This document shows positions 58,766 to 64,000 of a DNA stretch of 64,000 nt, piece by piece (the first letter of the stretch is position 1; each line of letters starts with the position of its first letter). Location of the stretch: assembly GCA_012295275.1 (NCBI GenBank), contig CM022671.1:28644001-28708000 (forward strand). The letters run 5' to 3'. The DNA comes from Chrysomallon squamiferum (Eukaryota > Animalia > Mollusca). The translations under genes were made by a program, and so were the position numbers. The notes beneath the pieces were generated by a model. It did not search any database and was not told the origin of the DNA. It saw only the letters and a list, made by a program, of their open reading frames with translations.

Positions 58766-59319
58766 TGTGAAATCAGACGTGATAACCACTACACCACGAA
58801 ACCGCTTTGAATAACCCTCTAATGTTTCATTGAGAGCTTTGTATACGTTTAGCTTAACCAGACAGCCGTCTAGGACGCACACGTGCATTACTGACCTTTA
58901 AAAGAAACGTACATCGGAAATAGTTCATTGTTCTTAATAGTTTAAAAAGAGTTAATTGTTAATTCAAAACAAGTTTATTATTTTCAACACTAACAGTAGC
59001 CACAAATTAATTGAAGAAATAGAACAAGAAAGAAATACAAGATTTTGGCGAGGCTCGAAAACGCGACCATAACACTTTTAACAGTATCATGAATACGGTA
59101 CAACAACTCATTTTAAAATAGTTTATGAACTAATATTTAGTAACTTGACATGCTTTAAAAAGTGATTTTTATGAAATAAGATATTATGAAACAATATTTA
59201 ATTTACATGTTATTGAATGATGTCATTTAATTCGTTAGGAATTTAAATAATAAAATTAATAAATGAATTGACGAAACCTTACTTTATTGACATTGGATAC
59301 TATAAATTAATACGTTATC

Positions 59320-59392
59320 GGTTTCGTGGTGTAGTGGTTATCACGTCTGCTTAACACGCAGAAGGTCGCGAGTTCGAGCCTCGCCGAAACCT
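59320..59392 (+). tRNA. tRNA-Val(AAC)
   Basis: Full cloverleaf with T-run terminator. Confidence 0.92.
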
Positions 59393-59898
59393 TGATTTTT
59401 TTTTCTTTCTTGTTCTTTTTCTATTATTTTTCGATTAAACGATATTGGTTTTGTTTTTCGGGGGATATATTTTTTCTTTGTTGTTTTGTGCTATATACAA
59501 TTAGTTATCGCAAAAATAAAATTAAAGAAATCTAGTAATTTATTTATTTATTTCAAACTTATATGCTTATCTTTCATAACAGAAGTAAAGAAAAAAAAAA
59601 CCTACCTAGAAAAAGATTGGCAGCCGTCTAGGACGCACACTTAAGAGGGGTGCATTACCGACCTTCAAGGGTCTCAGTACTGTACAACCACAAACATATT
59701 AAAAGAAACGTATACCGGTAATAGTTCGTTGTCCTTAATAGTTTAAAAAGAGTTAATTGTTATTTGAAAACCAGTTTATTATTTTCAAAACTATCAGTAT
59801 TGTTAAACTGAAATCAAGACTTTTATTTTGACAACTGCTCTTAAAACTGGAAAGAGTACAATACGTTAGTGCTACAAACAAAATATTAACAAAACTAA

Positions 59899-59971
59899 AG
59901 GTTCCGGCGAGGCTCGAACTCGCGACCTTCTGCGTGTAAAGCAGACGTGATAACCACTACACCACGAAACC
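59899..59971 (-). tRNA. tRNA-Val(TAC)
   Basis: Full cloverleaf on the minus strand. Confidence 0.92.
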
Positions 59972-60032
59972 TACATATAAACGTGTGTAAAATGTAGATC
60001 TATGACGACAACATTTTTTTTAATCAATCAAT

Positions 60033-60166
<134 letters not shown>

Positions 60167-60456
60167 GTCTTCATTCGTTCGAACAAGACTCGATGTTGAC
60201 TACATAATTAAATATCATCATTTAAAAATACTATTAGTTTATAATATCCAATGGCAATGCAGTAAGCTATCATTAATTTATGAATTTTATGATTTTAATT
60301 ATATCACATAATAACATGCAAATGAAATAGTTAACTAAAGTTTCAATTTATTTCATAAAATTCACTTTTTAATGACGTGTCAAATTAATAAATATTAGTT
60401 TATAAACCATTAAAAAATATGCTGTGTCATGCAGTTACTGTACGTTTATAGTTATC

Positions 60457-60529
60457 GGTTTCGTGGTGTAGTGGTTATCACGTCTGCTTAACACGCAGAA
60501 TGTCGCGAGTTCGAGCCTCGCCGAAACCT
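60457..60529 (+). tRNA. tRNA-Val(AAC), variable-loop G>T variant
   Basis: Full cloverleaf with T-run terminator. Confidence 0.88.
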
Positions 60530-61077
60530 TGTTTTTTTTTTTTCTTTCTTGTTCTTTTTCTATTATTTTTCGATTAAAATTCGATTAAACGATATTGGTT
60601 TTTTTTTTTGTCTTTGTTGTTTTATGCTATATACAATTAGTTATCGCAAAAATAAAATTAAAGAAATCTAGTAATTTATTTATTTATTTACTTAATCATT
60701 TATTTCAAGCTGATGTGCTTATCTTTCATAACAGAAGGAAAGAAAAAAGAAATACCTACCTGACAAAAATAATGTCAGCGTACTGAAATATATACATTAT
60801 CTGCTTTTATTAAATAAATTAATAATAATTGAAAGCCTAATAAAATTTATATACCTTATTGATAAAATTTATACAACTTCTAGATAACATTTATATACTT
60901 ACCTTATAGATAAAATTTCTATACCTTCTAAATAAAAGTTATATACCTTACACATAAAATTTCTATACCTTCTAAATAAAAGTTTTATACTTATATATAT
61001 AATTTATATAGATTCAAGACAAATGTTATATACCTTCTAGGTAAAATTTCTATACAGTATTTGTATGTGAGTGTGCA

Positions 61078-61830
61078 CATTCATCGTCTTTGTTTCCACA
61101 CTTTTCACACAGAAATACGTTCGGGCAGTTTCTAGCAAAATGTCCTTTTTGTTTACAGTTATGACACCTTATATTTGGACAGTCTTTCAACAAATGATTA
61201 TCCGCCATACAGTTGTAACAGACTTTTATTTGATTGCCATGTAAAACTCGAAAATATTTTATTCCTTCGTAAGTCCGAAATTTCATTGAGTATGGTAGAC
61301 TTTTTATTCCGGGTGGAAATTTCACTCTCACATATCTTGTTCCATCTGCAATTTTTGTCCCTTTGTATAGTCTTCTATAAATTGGTGATAGAATTTCTAT
61401 TTTCATTTCTTTCAATTTTTCTTCAATTTCTTCATCTTCAATCTTCGCCTTTATTTTTAGACCTTTCAATTCTGTTTCATCAATTTCCGTAATCATTCTC
61501 GCTTGTATAATATCTTCTAGTGTTATTTCATAAGAGTCGGATTCTTTCGGTACGCACGCTTTTATCACATCACCCACCTGGCCACTTACAAAATCTATCA
61601 TGTCGCCTGCTGAAATTTTCTTGTTATCTTCAACATTTACAATCACGGTGCATTCTTTTTTAAAAACATTTTTTTTCATTACTTCTTTTTTTAAATTTAT
61701 ATCTTTGATCTTTTCCTCGTAATTTTCAGATTCTTCCGCCCAAGACATAACACTTAGTTTACAACAAAACCTTTCCGAAGCGAGAGCCGATGTGAAACGC
61801 GTCCACACTCGACGCCACCTTAACCGGAAC
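61078..61830 (-). mobile_element. 5' portion of a more diverged Tx1-like copy (5'UTR plus most of ORF1), 3' part deleted
   Basis: Starts GTTCCGGTTAAGGTGGCG; ORF1 has an in-frame deletion (KAK|IEDE) and both CCHC knuckles; joined at ~61078 to tRNA-array spacer sequence. Confidence 0.9.
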
Positions 61831-61920
61831 ATTTATTTGTTAATACGATAATAACTGCAGTCAAAAACATACTACTTGCATAACCTTAATAAATATATAT
61901 GTAAAAAAAAAGAAAAATCA

Positions 61921-61972
61921 AGGTTCCGGCGAGGCTCGAACTCACGACCTTCTGCGTGTGAAGCAGACGTGA
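61921..61972 (-). pseudogene. 3' part of tRNA-Val(CAC) (nt 22-73) after a Tx1 poly(A)
   Basis: On the minus strand: An-TCACGTCTGCTTCACACG...GGAACCT. Confidence 0.9.
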
Positions 61973-63591
61973 TTTTTTTTTTTTTTATCTTTATTAGTAT
62001 AATCACCAGTTGTACACAATTAAAATAACATTACAGCTGTAAATAACAATAACAAAAACTATTTCCTCTCACACACTCAGTCACACTCATTCACACTCAC
62101 ATGCATGCATACTTATTTATTTGGAATATTCATATATATTTACAATATTTTATAGTATTAATTCTTTTATCCATTTCCATGATTTATCTATATTGATTAT
62201 TTGTAGCTTTCCAAAGGATATTTGAAAATAAGTATGTCATCTTTTAGTTCTAGGAAAATATTGTTCTTAACATATTTGTTAATAAAAATTGAAAGTTTGT
62301 TTTGAATACGATATTGATTTAGAATGATTTTAAAGCACTGATACATATAATTTCTAAAAAAATGTATTATATTGATATTTGTTCCTTTCATTTGAGCTAT
62401 TACACGCCTTTTGAACACTGTTATTCTATAAATTGAAAGAATAATATTAATAAATTCTATTGTACTATTTTCAATTTTGAGGTAACATCCAAATATTAAT
62501 AATCTTTTTAATTGTTCTAGAGAAAACCCTGTTTTCTTAAATATATAAATACATATTTCATGAAAGATTGATATTAATTCCTTCAATTCTTCACAATACA
62601 AAAATAAATGGCACAAATCTTCATCATCCTTCAAACACACTGGACATACACTAGATGAGATTTTGCCATATTTATATAATTTGTTATATGTATATATTAT
62701 ATGATGAACTATTCTAAAATCTAAGTCTATAAATTCAGTAAATTTATCACTATAGTGTATCCATTTCCAAACTGGTCTCCAGAATATATTAAAACCAAGC
62801 TCATTCCATTTTTCTTCACAAGTTGGTGCTTTAAAGTTTTTAAAATTAAAATAGAATAAATTATTTTAACTGTAAATTTACTGACATTTATCATTTCATT
62901 ATTCTGAAACAAAAATAAATCTTTATTAGAAGTTAATTTTTTAGCATTTCTGTTAATAGAACTTTTCCATTCATCTGGAAGTGATTTCTTAATAACATTG
63001 TAAGCTATATAAATTTGGTTTTTGGATAATTCTGGAGATTTTTCATGAATAATTTCTACAATAGCTGTAAAAGGAAGAAAACCTGGTATTACTTCATAAG
63101 CAATATCAGCCACTTTGACTATTCCACTTTTTATAAAAGAACTAAATAATAATAATTTGTTTTTATATTTGATGAATGGATTTTGAAAAAGTGGCTGAGA
63201 CAATATTTCATCTGTATCAAGTGGGAAATTACGTTCTCCATTATTAACATAGTCCCAAGCTGATAACATTTCAGCATAAAAGGGATTGATAACTTTTAAA
63301 GCTTCTTTACTGTATACTATTTTAAAAATGTCATAATTTAGATTCATATTCATATATTTTTCAAGAAATATTGACATTGTATATTTCCACACATTTTTAA
63401 AATTATTATCAAAATATTTCTTTAACATTTTTATTCGAAAAGCCATTTTCTTTAATGAAATATCTTGAATATTTAGTCCACCCGACATTTTATTTCCAAT
63501 TATTGTTGAATATTTTATTAAAGATGTTTTCCCTTCCCACATAAATTTACAAAATAATTTATGAATTTCATTTTCTACCCAATTTGGTACA
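61973..63591 (-). mobile_element. 5'-truncated Tx1-like copy (1.6 kb) with target-site deletion
   Basis: Reverse complement of ~34065-35688 with T14 at 61973-61986; its 5' end joins the tRNA upstream flank (gaaacattagatggttag) and tRNA nt 1-21 are missing. Confidence 0.92.
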
Positions 63592-64000
63592 CTAACCATC
63601 TAATGTTTCAGTGAAAGCCTTAAATACCTTTAGCTTAACCAGGCAGCCGTCTAGAACGCACACGTAAGAGGGGTGCATTACTGGCCTTTAAGGGTCACAG
63701 TTTTGTATAACCATGAATATATAAAAAAAAACATATATATCGGTAATTGTTCATTGTTCATAATAGTTAAAGAGAGTAAATCGTTAGTTCTAAACCAGTT
63801 TATTATTTTCAACAATAACAGTATTGTTAAACTGAAATCAAGATTGGTTATGTTTGCACCTTAAAGCCTTATGCTAGTTATGGTGCTGTTAAAATTAATA
63901 TATCAGTTTTCAAGTTTTGTGCTTTCTTATTTCATTTTTTTTATTTATTTACCGTTTTGATTTTGATTTTAATTTAATTTGTTTAATTAATTAATTTATT

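Larger units (their letters stand above)
56515..58803 (-). pseudogene. tRNA-Val(CAC) split by a 2.2-kb retrocopy (5' part 58766-58803, 3' part 56515-56564)
   Basis: Both halves are visible with a 14-bp duplication tgtgaaatcagacg. Confidence 0.9.

Noticed and set aside
58688-58888. 66-aa ORF spanning the tRNA half and the retrocopy leader
   Set aside because: Chance read-through of tRNA and spacer sequence; a similar spurious ORF occurs at 26813-27004.

Overview
AT-rich, microsatellite-dense animal genomic DNA (invertebrate, mollusc-like; the taxon is an inference) in three contigs separated by two 200-N gaps (25522-25721, 49550-49749). It contains two tandem Shisa/CYYR1-like membrane-protein genes, a 15-hydroxyprostaglandin dehydrogenase-like SDR cluster (three complete or near-complete copies plus one fragment, with a Tigger remnant in intron 4), a two-exon 14-Cys secreted protein gene missing from the ORF track, and an array of tRNA-Val genes (AAC, CAC, TAC) with near-identical bodies. 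The main signal is a Tx1/L1-clade non-LTR retrotransposon whose poly(A) tails always join tRNA-Val at the same base (GGTTA|TCACG), with variable 5' junctions: 16-bp TSD, 89-bp TSD that rebuilds the tRNA, or target deletion. An apparently full-length polyadenylated SMIM4/UQCC5-like mRNA copy is inserted 3 nt from that site in another tRNA-Val, and the empty allele is present in the window. The middle contig is an inverted near-copy of the flanking contigs and may be the alternative haplotype.
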